A stretch of DNA of 64,000 nucleotides from a virus. Lineage: Duplodnaviria; Caudoviricetes. Below are positions 47,892-58,167 of this stretch, piece after piece. The notes beneath the pieces are model-generated. The model was given only the letters and a program-made list of their open reading frames with translations, was not told where the DNA came from and made no database searches. How positions within the stretch are numbered: the stretch's first letter is position 1; every line of letters starts with the position of its first letter. The stretch lies in IMG/VR virus record IMGVR_UViG_3300036770_007283; one strand, written 5' to 3'. A program made the position numbers and the translations under genes.

Positions 47892-49037
47892 TTATACGTA
47901 ATCTTCTTTCCAAGTAACTTCTTTTGATTCACCCTCTCCACGAGCCAACCTACCTTGGATTTCAACAAAGTTTTTTACTTCTTCAAGAACAGAGGGTGTG
48001 GTGGAATTCAAGAATGTGAAAATATAGTTTTCGTTAAAATATTCCATGCTAATTAAATCTTTAAAATGAAACAGGAAGTTATTTACAACATTAGATAATG
48101 TCTCCCTATCCATTGAAAAAATTGTCCTTCCGTAAGCATCCTCAACCTCAACTACACTTTTTGAAATTTCTAAGTCAGCTTCCTTCCCAGACTTAATCTT
48201 TTTATTCAAGTCTTCTGCTTCATAGAAAATTTGGGTAATTTCTTCGCAAGTGTTTTTGTCAAACTGTAGCTTATATCTCTTGGAATATTTAAATGCCCGT
48301 TCGGCAGCCCAAATTTTGCCAATAACAGAAGAATTTCTACGAACATTTCCAAAGGCAAGTAGCCGTTCTTGAAACAATTGTTCGAGTCCGTCCGCGAAAT
48401 AGAAGCTTCCATTATAGTACGCAGCACAACAATTTAAGATATCAAAAGTATCAAATAAAGTTTGAATATCCTTGATTTTCTTTTTAATTGCTTGGATCGG
48501 CTTGCAGAAACCATTTGTTTTTTTAGAACGAAAGGTGTTAGCCCAAGAAGTAGAATTTGAGATAGAGTGAATTGAATCTAAACCAAGAACATCCATCCTA
48601 TCCTTATAGAATGCTCCTGACTGATAAAAGGTGGGCGCACAACCATAAATTTTATGGTTCTTGGAAGGTGGGTCTACTTCATGATCACCTACCAAGAAAT
48701 AGAATGAATTGCCTGCATCCCAGATTACATTATCTTCCATAAACCAAAGATCAATATCACCAAACTTAAAAGATTCTGTTTTTTCAATTTGGGTATTTCC
48801 AGGCGTAGTAGTGTTGTTAAGAATTTCAAAAATCTTAAAATTATCAAAAGAAGCTTTGTTATCAGAATTTAGAATCTGCTCTAGCTTTTCTTTGACAGCC
48901 GGATTTTTAAGGCACATAATATCCTGATAAAGCGAAACAATAAACCCACCTGCAATAACTGGATTTAGCTTGAGGATATTTTCGGGCACAAACATTTTTA
49001 GAATTTTTTCTGCATTCTCATGCTTAACAATGTGCAT
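47892..49037 (-). CDS. nucleotidyltransferase-fold protein (polyA/CCA head-like)
   Basis: IAGGFI...GDIDLWF...FDILNCCAAY; start moved to MHIVK (GGAG SD). Confidence 0.6.
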   Translation of the reverse strand: MHIVKHENAEKILKMFVPENILKLNPVIAGGFIVSLYQDIMCLKNPAVKEKLEQILNSDNKASFDNFKIFEILNNTTTPGNTQIEKTESFKFGDIDLWFMEDNVIWDAGNSFYFLVGDHEVDPPSKNHKIYGCAPTFYQSGAFYKDRMDVLGLDSIHSISNSTSWANTFRSKKTNGFCKPIQAIKKKIKDIQTLFDTFDILNCCAAYYNGSFYFADGLEQLFQERLLAFGNVRRNSSVIGKIWAAERAFKYSKRYKLQFDKNTCEEITQIFYEAEDLNKKIKSGKEADLEISKSVVEVEDAYGRTIFSMDRETLSNVVNNFLFHFKDLISMEYFNENYIFTFLNSTTPSVLEEVKNFVEIQGRLARGEGESKEVTWKEDYV

Positions 49038-49069
49038 ATAAACTCCGGGGCATAGCTCGGCCCACAAAA

Positions 49070-49098
49070 AGTATAGCGCATTCTAATTTAATATTAAA
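49070..49098 (-). promoter_or_regulatory. putative promoter
   Basis: TTTAAT-17 nt-TATACT. Confidence 0.55.
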
Positions 49099-49149
49099 GC
49101 AAATAGCTTGAGGCAAAAATTAAATAAAATAAAAATAGTCTATTTCTTT

Positions 49150-50661
49150 TTATTTCTGCCTAGATTGCTTATAAAGAATACTAATCAAATCCCTTCTTGA
49201 TGCTTTCTTGTCTTCAGCATTATTACGGCGCCTTATTCTTCTTCTAGACCTGGATTCATTTGGACTAAATAATCCACTGTCTTGCCTTCTCTCCCTGCCT
49301 AACTCTCTTGCTATCCCCCTATCAAGGTCCAGAGCCTTTCTTTCAGCTCTTGTAAGTGGCATGGCAATCCATTTCTTTTCGGCCTCATCGAAAACTACAC
49401 CATCATACCTCAGATCCGTTGGTAAAGCTAGCTCTATATCTGGACCTTGATCCAATCCATAACTCAAATCTGCGACGCCAACTTTTCTACCTTGTGGGCC
49501 TGTCATTTCTTTTATGATAGTAATATTTTGATTGTTATCCCACCTAGAGACTAATCTTCTATATAAGTCTCTTGCTTGGTTTACGGTATTCCCTCTATCA
49601 ATATAATAATTTATAATTTCATTTCTTTTTTCTTCACGACCTTCCTCTGGAATAATAACAGTTACACTTCCGGTTTCTGCACTATTAGGTGGTGGAACTA
49701 CTTCTTCATTAGATGGGGTGTAAGGAATTCCAGTAAACTGCTGTTCGTTAGCCATAAACATGGCTGATAGCTCATCAAACGTCATAGGTGTATTTGTATT
49801 ATCTACACTTGGTGCTTGATTTATGACTGGTTCTGGTGTTGTAAGTGCAGGTGGTGAGGATACTGGAGGTACTGGTGGTACCGGAGGTGTATTACCTGGT
49901 TCTGGTGTTGGAACAGTAGGTGGTGAGGATGCTGGTGGCAAAGCAGGTGGTGGAGGCGTTGTGGTTACAGGGTTAGAACCATCCATCCATTCTTTTGTTG
50001 CTTCGTTCCAAGTCAAAGAAGGGTCTGGGACTATACCCTTAAGCTTTGTTGGTTCCTTATAAAAGAATGCTACTTTATTTGTTGTACCCCAAGAATTTCT
50101 GGTGTTAAACAAACCGCACTTTAAAGCTTTAATAGCTTTTTTCATGTCAGTAACTTTAGTTTCTTTATCATCTTCATCATACGCATATAATGTAGAGCCA
50201 ACTATCGCATAATACTCAGTGGGTGTACAATACCAATAGCTTGTAGTTTCGCCACCGGGACTTTCCGCATGGATAGATTGTGATAGAATATTGGGTGGTG
50301 CATCTGGGAAAAGTATTTCTGGATGCTCGATATAATACTGCAAATACTTTTCTTGATCCCTTGGCGCTTTTTCTATCATCTTTTTAAGGATTTCTTTTCC
50401 CTGCTCTTTATCTACAATCCTTGTATCATAGCTTGTAGAAAACCAATACCTATCATTTGCATACAATTCATTATTTTCAATATAATATTCAATGCCATCA
50501 ATAAATATATCTTCAATAGCATAGTTAGGTGGAGGTGCCACAGCGGCTATTGTGGCGTTATTTTGATCAGCCATTCTAATCAAGAAAGCTATTTTTCTTT
50601 GATATTCCTTCTTGTTATGTGACTTAAGGAATCTTTCTAGTTTTAGAAGTTCATTTTTCAA
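49150..50661 (-). CDS. Pro-rich paralogous protein A (probably virion)
   Basis: leader helix, Pro/Thr linker, C-terminal LPTDLRYDG + Arg-rich tail shared with the next gene. Confidence 0.7.
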   Translation of the reverse strand: MKNELLKLERFLKSHNKKEYQRKIAFLIRMADQNNATIAAVAPPPNYAIEDIFIDGIEYYIENNELYANDRYWFSTSYDTRIVDKEQGKEILKKMIEKAPRDQEKYLQYYIEHPEILFPDAPPNILSQSIHAESPGGETTSYWYCTPTEYYAIVGSTLYAYDEDDKETKVTDMKKAIKALKCGLFNTRNSWGTTNKVAFFYKEPTKLKGIVPDPSLTWNEATKEWMDGSNPVTTTPPPPALPPASSPPTVPTPEPGNTPPVPPVPPVSSPPALTTPEPVINQAPSVDNTNTPMTFDELSAMFMANEQQFTGIPYTPSNEEVVPPPNSAETGSVTVIIPEEGREEKRNEIINYYIDRGNTVNQARDLYRRLVSRWDNNQNITIIKEMTGPQGRKVGVADLSYGLDQGPDIELALPTDLRYDGVVFDEAEKKWIAMPLTRAERKALDLDRGIARELGRERRQDSGLFSPNESRSRRRIRRRNNAEDKKASRRDLISILYKQSRQK

Positions 50662-50684
50662 ATTTCCACCAGTGATATTAATTG

Positions 50685-53036
50685 TTATCTGTGGGCTTTC
50701 TTATGTATCAAGGCCACCAAATTTCTTCTGGCAGTTCGCCTATCTGATAGATGGTCTGTGGCTGTAGATGTAGATGTAGCTGTAGCTGCCGCTTCGTTTC
50801 TACGACTTTCTCTTCTTCTAATTCTTTTTCTGGACCTACCTTCATTAGGTGGTAAAATCCTTCTGCCTCTTCTTCTCTCACGCCTTAGCTCTGCAGCTAA
50901 TGGTCCAGATTGTAGAGCGCGAATTTCTTTTTTGGATAATCTTCCGGCAACCCAGGCGTTTTGACTTGTATCAAAATAAGCTCCATCATACCTTAGGTCC
51001 ATAGGAAGGCCAAAACTACCATCTTTATCAAGGTCCATGATGCCAATCTTTCTACCATCGGGACCATCCTTTTCATCTTTGATGATGGTATTGGTTCCAG
51101 TTTTCCAAGCTTCAAAGACTTTTGTTGTCTCTTGCTGTGCAGTATTGGAGTCTTTAGAGTTATAATAAGCAAGGATCTCATCAAATTTTTCTTTCATACC
51201 TTCTTCTGGAATAAGAACTTGGTTTGGTGCTGTTGTTGTATCTTCTGGACGTGCTGCACCACCAGAAACACCACCTGGCGGTGTTTCAGCTGGTGGTGCT
51301 GATGCTGGTGCTGTCTGCCTGCTAGGATCAGGGTGACCTGATCCATAGGCTTCGGTAAGTAGGTAGTCATAAACAGTTTTCACTGCTGCTTCAGTAGAAT
51401 TTTTACAATACTCTTTTCCTTTGGGGTAGATGTCGCTATCCGTAGTTTTTACCACAAAGCATTCAGTAGTTGTATTATAAATATAACTAAAGGTTACACC
51501 TGGGACACCTGGTATGGTAATAGGGCCAGGTGTGGTTTCATCTGATTGTGTTGTCCCACCGCTTGGTGATGGTGGTACTGATGGTGATGGTACTGGTGAT
51601 GGTGGTGTTTGACCTGGTACTGCCAAACCGGCCCCAGCAGTCTCCATTTGTTCTCTAGTTATGTTCTGGTTTGCAATACTTCCATCTGACCTGCGATATG
51701 CTGTAAATGTGGTGCCATTTGGGTCGTTTGGTTTATAGGCATATGTTTCATCACCATTAATAAATATATATCCTGCTGCTGCTCTTTGAATTGGTCCACT
51801 AACTGCTGGTGCTGCTCCGCCACCTGATGTTTGTGTTCTGCCACCCATTGGTGGAGATGAATTTTGTTGGGTGTCTGTAGCAGGAGAGGATGGTTGACTA
51901 CGATAATAAGAAATTACCTTTTGAATGGCGTCTATAACTCCTTGCGTTCCAACATCAGGAGGGTGGATTTTGTATTCCTCAAGCAATAAGTTGGCTTCAA
52001 ACGCTGCATCTTCTCCAACAACCTTGGTAAAAGAACTTCCTACATCAGGACGGTCATAAACTTCAGGATTGGCATCATTTATTATCACAAGCAATATTTG
52101 GCTCTTATTATAGATACGTGTTCCATTAGAAGGCACAAAATTGTCTGTTAATATAGTTTTGCCAGTACCAATGTCTTTTCTTTTTACCCAATAAACTATA
52201 TTATTATTAGTTAATACTGGATATAATTCATCCTGTTGTGCGTCGGATGTTGCCCCCCTTCCTAGTAGTGAGTTTTTTTCTTCTTGTGTCAAATCAAGAA
52301 GATTTAGTAATTCACCAAAGTCGTTTGTACTACTAGGTATATGCAATCCGCCTGACATAAAACTAGGTCCACGATTGTCTGAGTAAACTTTGCTATCGAC
52401 TATATAGATATCATAACCAAAAGTATAGATCTGATTATTTTTCTCAAGAAAACTAAAAATTCCCCTGGGTATATCCCCATATTCTATATGCTTACTTGGT
52501 TTATTTACTTTGTCAGAAGAACTTGGTGGCGTAGTATTTCCCGCAGTTATTGCTAACTTAACCAATTCTGCGAGCCTTAGAGCTTGCTTTTCTTTTCCGG
52601 CATACTTTAAATAAGCTTCCAATTTTGCAATTTCAGTCTTCATTTTTCCTTCTCCATTTTTTTTGTTTGCAGGTGGCAACTCATCAAAATTGCCTGTGGC
52701 ACCATAAAAATCGGCCTCTTCATCATCACCCAGCTCCCTAGCTAAACCCGGATTCTGTTTGGTACCCCTAAAATTAGCAACTTCAAAAGTATCCTCATCA
52801 CCAAATTCACCTATACCTGTAGGTACATCCAATAATCCCATCCCTATCTTTTTGTTTAAATTTTTTTTAGCACTCTTAACATCTTCTTCCAACAAATCTT
52901 CCTCTCTATACTCCGAGATAACTTCATCACTAATATTACTATTTTCTCCAGACCAAACCGTACTAGATACCATATGCTGACCCGAAGCCACATCAGTACC
53001 CGTATTCAAAGCTCCAATTGGAATTTCTTGCTTCAA
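50685..53036 (-). CDS. Pro-rich paralogous protein B (probably virion)
   Basis: internal leader helix; C-terminal LPMDLRYDG + Arg-rich tail. Confidence 0.7.
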   Translation of the reverse strand: MKQEIPIGALNTGTDVASGQHMVSSTVWSGENSNISDEVISEYREEDLLEEDVKSAKKNLNKKIGMGLLDVPTGIGEFGDEDTFEVANFRGTKQNPGLARELGDDEEADFYGATGNFDELPPANKKNGEGKMKTEIAKLEAYLKYAGKEKQALRLAELVKLAITAGNTTPPSSSDKVNKPSKHIEYGDIPRGIFSFLEKNNQIYTFGYDIYIVDSKVYSDNRGPSFMSGGLHIPSSTNDFGELLNLLDLTQEEKNSLLGRGATSDAQQDELYPVLTNNNIVYWVKRKDIGTGKTILTDNFVPSNGTRIYNKSQILLVIINDANPEVYDRPDVGSSFTKVVGEDAAFEANLLLEEYKIHPPDVGTQGVIDAIQKVISYYRSQPSSPATDTQQNSSPPMGGRTQTSGGGAAPAVSGPIQRAAAGYIFINGDETYAYKPNDPNGTTFTAYRRSDGSIANQNITREQMETAGAGLAVPGQTPPSPVPSPSVPPSPSGGTTQSDETTPGPITIPGVPGVTFSYIYNTTTECFVVKTTDSDIYPKGKEYCKNSTEAAVKTVYDYLLTEAYGSGHPDPSRQTAPASAPPAETPPGGVSGGAARPEDTTTAPNQVLIPEEGMKEKFDEILAYYNSKDSNTAQQETTKVFEAWKTGTNTIIKDEKDGPDGRKIGIMDLDKDGSFGLPMDLRYDGAYFDTSQNAWVAGRLSKKEIRALQSGPLAAELRRERRRGRRILPPNEGRSRKRIRRRESRRNEAAATATSTSTATDHLSDRRTARRNLVALIHKKAHR

Positions 53037-53043
53037 TTATCAC

Positions 53044-54627
53044 CTATTTATACTTTGCGTTAGATCTTCCAAATGGTGTCTTTGAACCAAAAATAAAAAT
53101 TTGTGATAAGTCTTTTTTATTGGCTGCTTTGCCCATAGAATCTTCACCTTTATCAGCGCTGGAAGTTTGCTCTGGAATAACACCCATAGATTCATAAAGT
53201 TCTTCTTCGGTAATTTCTCCAGGATGTGAAAAATAACTTGCTTCACCTAAATATTTATTTATCATAGAAACATCTGAACGACTAAAATCTTGTCCATGAA
53301 TTCTCATTGCTCTTTGCAAATAATTTCTATATTCTTCGCTGTTTTTATCTATCTCTTCAAATCCTTCCCATGGAGCACCTGAACTCGTTGATGTTTTTCC
53401 CTCAGTGTCAGAAATAAACAGGTGGCCGTTAGGGTTGAGCCAGAAAAAATAAGCAGGGGTTCCTTCCGGAGCATCATTATGTAGTGGGGCTCCAGCATGA
53501 GATTCTACCCAACCCACACCAGTAGTATCACCAACAGGATTTGCTATAAGGCCATGAATCCTTGCTTGTTTTACCAAGGTCTCATATCCGGGCCCACCTG
53601 GCTTAATTTGTATGCCAACAAAACTTTCTAAAGCTCTTCCATCTGGTGTCTTTCCACCTTTTCTTTCTTCGACCACGCCCTGAATTTTGAAAGTCTTGGT
53701 TGCGGCATCATAATAATAAATGAATGGATCGCCAGCCTCTCCATATAATTCGCCAGAACGACCTGTCCAGCCAGGATTCTTCTTTGTTGAAGCAAGCGGT
53801 GCCCTCTGCACATAGACACTCCTCGAAAGATCTGGAGGCACCATAAGTGGAACAGTAATATCTGGACCAGATGGGGTAACTTCTATACCCTCCACCCTTG
53901 GCTGTTGAGAAAGCGATGAGCGTTCACCCAAGTTAAAACCAGCAATTTCACGATCATCTGCTTTTTTAATTTGAGCTGCATGTTTTTTAATTATTGCATC
54001 CACAACGCCAGCTAATTTTTTATTTTCTGACTTTGCTAGATTTTTTCTTAAATCTTTTAAAATTTGTTCTATTTTAGTATCTTCTGCGCTCATAATTCCT
54101 CTCTTATTTTTCTGAATATTATTTAAATTATTAGTAGCTCCCACCTTGCTTTGAACTACTGATTCTTCAACGAAAGGACTCCTTCCTGATTCCAGGTCTT
54201 CTTTCTTTACAACTAATTTTGGTTGCCCACCAAAGTGTTCGTATTCATGAACAATAATTTGAGCCAAAGTTTCTAAAGCGTAAGCAGTTTCTTGTGGTGT
54301 TAGCCCAAAAATATTGTTGGGTTGAATATTGGAACCCTGTAAGCTTCTTTCAATGACTGGTGCTACCAAGTGGATTTTATCTATTGTATTATTATCATCC
54401 ATGTCTTCGCCAATAACATATCCTGCCGCATCAGGCTGGTTTTTTAGAGGCGTGGTTTCCCACTTAATATTATCAAGATTGATTCCAGACATCATTGTTC
54501 TTAGCTGCTTTATATTGGGATAATTTGCAATATTATTATTTATCTCTGTGGCCAGCAAACCTTGTGGATGCAAAATATTATTATATATCCTTACCTTCTG
54601 AGATTCTAAAAATGCTTTTTTATTCAT
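53044..54627 (-). CDS. protein with an N-terminal HExxH domain and internal leader helix
   Basis: QIIVHEYEH; LKDLRKNLAKSENKKLAGVVDAIIKKHA. Confidence 0.65.
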   Translation of the reverse strand: MNKKAFLESQKVRIYNNILHPQGLLATEINNNIANYPNIKQLRTMMSGINLDNIKWETTPLKNQPDAAGYVIGEDMDDNNTIDKIHLVAPVIERSLQGSNIQPNNIFGLTPQETAYALETLAQIIVHEYEHFGGQPKLVVKKEDLESGRSPFVEESVVQSKVGATNNLNNIQKNKRGIMSAEDTKIEQILKDLRKNLAKSENKKLAGVVDAIIKKHAAQIKKADDREIAGFNLGERSSLSQQPRVEGIEVTPSGPDITVPLMVPPDLSRSVYVQRAPLASTKKNPGWTGRSGELYGEAGDPFIYYYDAATKTFKIQGVVEERKGGKTPDGRALESFVGIQIKPGGPGYETLVKQARIHGLIANPVGDTTGVGWVESHAGAPLHNDAPEGTPAYFFWLNPNGHLFISDTEGKTSTSSGAPWEGFEEIDKNSEEYRNYLQRAMRIHGQDFSRSDVSMINKYLGEASYFSHPGEITEEELYESMGVIPEQTSSADKGEDSMGKAANKKDLSQIFIFGSKTPFGRSNAKYK

Positions 54628-54638
54628 AATAATTCCTA

Positions 54639-55001
54639 TTAAAGCTTTATTTTTTCAGGGTCTTTAACAACGTATTTGGGCTTAAACCAATCATTTCTAA
54701 TAGTCAGAACATCTATGTAACCATCTCTAAGTGCAGAAACAAAAATAACGCCTCTTGAATCTACTCTTAACTCGCCCAACTCTCTTTTTCCTTTCTTATC
54801 TAATCTAGTGTAATGCCTAACACCAGAACCACCTCTGGTAAATTGCCTTCCGATTTCATTACTCAAAGTTTTATTATCCATACCACCATATAGGTCTGGT
54901 GCTAATTCCCTATAATATTCGCGAACAGTATGACTTGTTCTAATTTTCCTTCCGCTGGTTGCAGTATCTGCAATTCCAGCTTCGATAAAGCTTGATGACA
55001 T
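54639..55001 (-). CDS. hypothetical protein
   Basis: 120-aa ORF with GAGG SD. Confidence 0.55.
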   Translation of the reverse strand: MSSSFIEAGIADTATSGRKIRTSHTVREYYRELAPDLYGGMDNKTLSNEIGRQFTRGGSGVRHYTRLDKKGKRELGELRVDSRGVIFVSALRDGYIDVLTIRNDWFKPKYVVKDPEKIKL

Positions 55002-55053
55002 ACTATCCTCTGGTTTAAAATAAAATATTATATGATTTAGAAGAAAATAAAAA

Positions 55054-55081
55054 ACCCCATCCTAAAAAAATAGGATGGGGT
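55054..55081 (-). terminator. intrinsic terminator
   Basis: ACCCCATCCTA/TAGGATGGGGT 11-bp stem plus T-run. Confidence 0.8.
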
Positions 55082-55096
55082 CTAGATTTTATTTTT

Positions 55097-55384
55097 TTAA
55101 GTTTCGCTAAGGGGTGTCAGAATTGCCAGCAGTCTAAAAAAATCTTCTTCATTTTTTACCGGAAATTCTCTCGGCATTTTTTTAATGCCATATCGGTAAG
55201 CTCTAACTTCTGCGTCTGAAAAGAATTTCTGAACAGCATCCCTCTTCACACCCACAATAGAACCGTCAATAGTTAAAACCAATTGCTCTAAAATGTGAGC
55301 ACCTTCTTCTGACTCCAAGGAAAGTAAACCTGAAAAACGATTAAGATGAATTGCTTTATCAAGAAAAACTTGGTCGTCCATCAA
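55097..55384 (-). CDS. hypothetical protein
   Basis: 95 aa, GGAGG SD. Confidence 0.6.
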   Translation of the reverse strand: MMDDQVFLDKAIHLNRFSGLLSLESEEGAHILEQLVLTIDGSIVGVKRDAVQKFFSDAEVRAYRYGIKKMPREFPVKNEEDFFRLLAILTPLSET

Positions 55385-56247
55385 ACCTCCGAAACTTCCA
55401 TTCGACGTTCCAAAATCTTCAAGGCCATACTATCTTTAATTCCCATTAGGAATGGAACAAGATTCATTGGCATATTCATAGCAATATACCGTGCCACCCA
55501 CTTATGCTTGGTATCAGCAAACTGTGTTACCAGATCCTGAAACTCTTCTTCCTTGTAAAGATTACGATTTTCAAACAAGCAAGCGAGAACTTCTGCTGAA
55601 AGTGAACCGCTAGAATCCGAACGAATTCTTCTTGCAATCTTCACATCCAAAAGCCCTAGCTTAACTAACTGCTTATACAGCTTAGATTTTAGTTCTGATG
55701 GATAACTTTTTGTTTCTGTCTTGTAAAGAAGATTCTTTAGATTTTGCGGATCTGATTCAACCAGCCAATCCAGTACCGTTGTAAAACCACCGCATTGAAT
55801 ACCTGTCATAACCATTGCTTGGCTTAGCTGAGATAAAATATCATGCCAAGAAACTTCTTCTCGTAAATCTCGAACACGATTTAGCAAAACATAAAAAGCA
55901 CTATTATTTGCCAAATAAATTGTATCTTGATTCTTAAAGTTACCTAGAGTCTTTTGAATATAAGACCACCAAGATTCTTCTGTGACCAAGGTGTTAGGAT
56001 TCTCTGAAAGAACAGCCTCCACTACGCCAGACTGAATCTCCATAGTGAGAAGATGAAGTCTTGGCAAAACTAATTCTGGATAAGTGTTTAGAATTTGTGC
56101 TTTAAGTTGTCGGCTGACTGGATCAATACGAGAAATAATCGTATTAAGCCCCTGAACCAAAACAAATTCCATAGGATTCATTGGCTCTGGCTTTGCAGCT
56201 TCTACCATAGTTTGGACACTATTTTCTTCAGACATTGCTTGCCTCAA
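55381..56247 (-). CDS. hypothetical helical protein
   Basis: 288-aa ORF. Confidence 0.65.
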   Translation of the reverse strand: MRQAMSEENSVQTMVEAAKPEPMNPMEFVLVQGLNTIISRIDPVSRQLKAQILNTYPELVLPRLHLLTMEIQSGVVEAVLSENPNTLVTEESWWSYIQKTLGNFKNQDTIYLANNSAFYVLLNRVRDLREEVSWHDILSQLSQAMVMTGIQCGGFTTVLDWLVESDPQNLKNLLYKTETKSYPSELKSKLYKQLVKLGLLDVKIARRIRSDSSGSLSAEVLACLFENRNLYKEEEFQDLVTQFADTKHKWVARYIAMNMPMNLVPFLMGIKDSMALKILERRMEVSEV

Positions 56248-56509
56248 TCTTGTTTTTTAGGAAGTTCTCAAAATCTGGCATGTATAACTTAAATACATAA
56301 AATTTAATTTTATCATCCAGCATATCCCAACAGGGAAATACCTTGTCAAAGGACTCTGTGATAAACTTATCCAAAAGATCCTTGTCTGGCCCCTTGCTGT
56401 AGGTTGCGGTAGAAACCAAGGAATTAAGACCAGCAGCCAAAACCTTATTTAAGACTTTCTGCTTTTCGGTCAATTCATCAACTCTAACAACTGCTTGTGA
56501 ATCCATCAC
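56228..56509 (-). CDS. hypothetical protein
   Basis: AGGAGG SD, 93 aa. Confidence 0.6.
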   Translation of the reverse strand: MMDSQAVVRVDELTEKQKVLNKVLAAGLNSLVSTATYSKGPDKDLLDKFITESFDKVFPCWDMLDDKIKFYVFKLYMPDFENFLKNKIEASNV

Positions 56510-56524
56510 CGTCCTCCTAGACTA

Positions 56525-56553
56525 GATATAACCCATGCTAACTAAATATTAAA
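56525..56553 (-). promoter_or_regulatory. putative promoter
   Basis: TTTAAT-17 nt-TATATC. Confidence 0.55.
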
Positions 56554-56558
56554 GCCTT

Positions 56559-58157
56559 TTATTTTTCTTCTTCATCACAAATTGTAACTTCTGTAGTGAG
56601 CAAAGTTCCGCTGGCAGAAGCTGCATGTTCTAAAGAAGATCTAACTACCTTAGTTGGATCTACAATTCCACGTTCCAACATATTAGAAACATATTCTAAT
56701 CTTAGGGCATCAAATCCTGCAAAAGAACCAGCTTCCAAAACTCTCCTTAGATAATCAGACCTTTCCTCTTCCAATCCTGCGTTTGATAAGATCTGATTAA
56801 AAGGTGCCTTGAGGGCGGCCTTCACCACCTCAATACCTACAACCTCTTCTGGTAGTAAGGTGTTTTTATCGAGGGTTTCTAATGCTCTTAGACAATGAAT
56901 CAAAGCACATCCACCGCCAGGAACTACGCCTTCTGATAGGGCTGATTTAACAGCATTAATAGCATCTTCTACACGGTCCTTCTTCTCACGCATTTCACTT
57001 TCTGATGTGGCACCTACCTTAAAGATAGCAACACCACCACTTAATCTTGAAATTCTGGAGCGAATTAAATCCCTTTGCTCATCAAAGATGGTGGACTCTG
57101 AGGCTCTATTTTTAAGCAACCCAATAGCCTTTTCTAGCACTTCCTTAGATTGCTTGCCATTAATAATATTTGTATTGGTGGTACTAACGACTACCTTTCT
57201 GGCGGAACCTAAGTCTGTAATTTTTGCGTCCTTTAATTCTCTACCGTCTGAATTGGTGAATAATTTAGCGCCGGTAATAATTGCCAAATCTTCCATTAAG
57301 GCTCTTCTATGATCCCCAAAGCCAGGTGCCCTAACTACACAGCATCTAATCACTCCCTTCATCTTGTTTAGAACTAGGTGTGTTAATGGCTCAGGATCAA
57401 TAGACTTAACGATCATTAAGATCTGGCGACCTTCTTGAATTACTTGATTCAAGATTTCTACCAACATATGAACATTCTTTACGTCGGCATCATAAATAAG
57501 AATATAAGGATCTTCCATTTCGCAAGTATTTCTTGCGGGGTTGGTAATAAACTCCTCGCTAATCCAGCCTTTCTCCAATTTTAAACCGTCGCTATATTGC
57601 ACTTCGGTTACATTACCGGCTGCTTCTTCTACTGAAACAATTCCATCATTTCCAACAGCGGAAACTGCTTCTGCAATCATTTTGCCCAAAGTAGGGTTAT
57701 TGTTAGCAGAGATAGTAGCTACGTGCGCTAAGGTTTCTTCATCAGAAACCTGAATGCTCATCTCTTTAAGTTTTGCGACCACTTTCTCTACGGCCAGATC
57801 AATTCCGCGCTTTACTAAGACAGGATTATTTCCATTGGCTACAAATTTAAGACCACGTCCATAGATTTCTTGTGCTAGAACTGTAGCCGTAGTAGTTCCG
57901 TCACCAGCCTCCATATTAGCGTCTGCTGCGACTGACTTAATTAATTGGGCACCCATATTTTGGATTGGGTGATCTAGATTAATATATCTTGCTACCGTTA
58001 CACCGTCTTTAGTGATTAGAGGCGGTCCCATTTTTCTTTCAATAGCTGCGTGCCTGCCTCTTGGACCCAAAGTAGCCTTAACAGCATTGGCTAAAATATC
58101 CACACCTTCTTTCATCTGATCTCTGGCGTCTGAACCAATAACAACCTGTTTTCCCAC
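56559..58157 (-). CDS. groEL: GroEL-like chaperonin, copy 2
   Basis: GTG start after AAGGAG; [39 protein letters not shown]. Confidence 0.95.
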   Translation of the reverse strand: MGKQVVIGSDARDQMKEGVDILANAVKATLGPRGRHAAIERKMGPPLITKDGVTVARYINLDHPIQNMGAQLIKSVAADANMEAGDGTTTATVLAQEIYGRGLKFVANGNNPVLVKRGIDLAVEKVVAKLKEMSIQVSDEETLAHVATISANNNPTLGKMIAEAVSAVGNDGIVSVEEAAGNVTEVQYSDGLKLEKGWISEEFITNPARNTCEMEDPYILIYDADVKNVHMLVEILNQVIQEGRQILMIVKSIDPEPLTHLVLNKMKGVIRCCVVRAPGFGDHRRALMEDLAIITGAKLFTNSDGRELKDAKITDLGSARKVVVSTTNTNIINGKQSKEVLEKAIGLLKNRASESTIFDEQRDLIRSRISRLSGGVAIFKVGATSESEMREKKDRVEDAINAVKSALSEGVVPGGGCALIHCLRALETLDKNTLLPEEVVGIEVVKAALKAPFNQILSNAGLEEERSDYLRRVLEAGSFAGFDALRLEYVSNMLERGIVDPTKVVRSSLEHAASASGTLLTTEVTICDEEEK

Positions 58158-58167
58158 TTTACACTCC

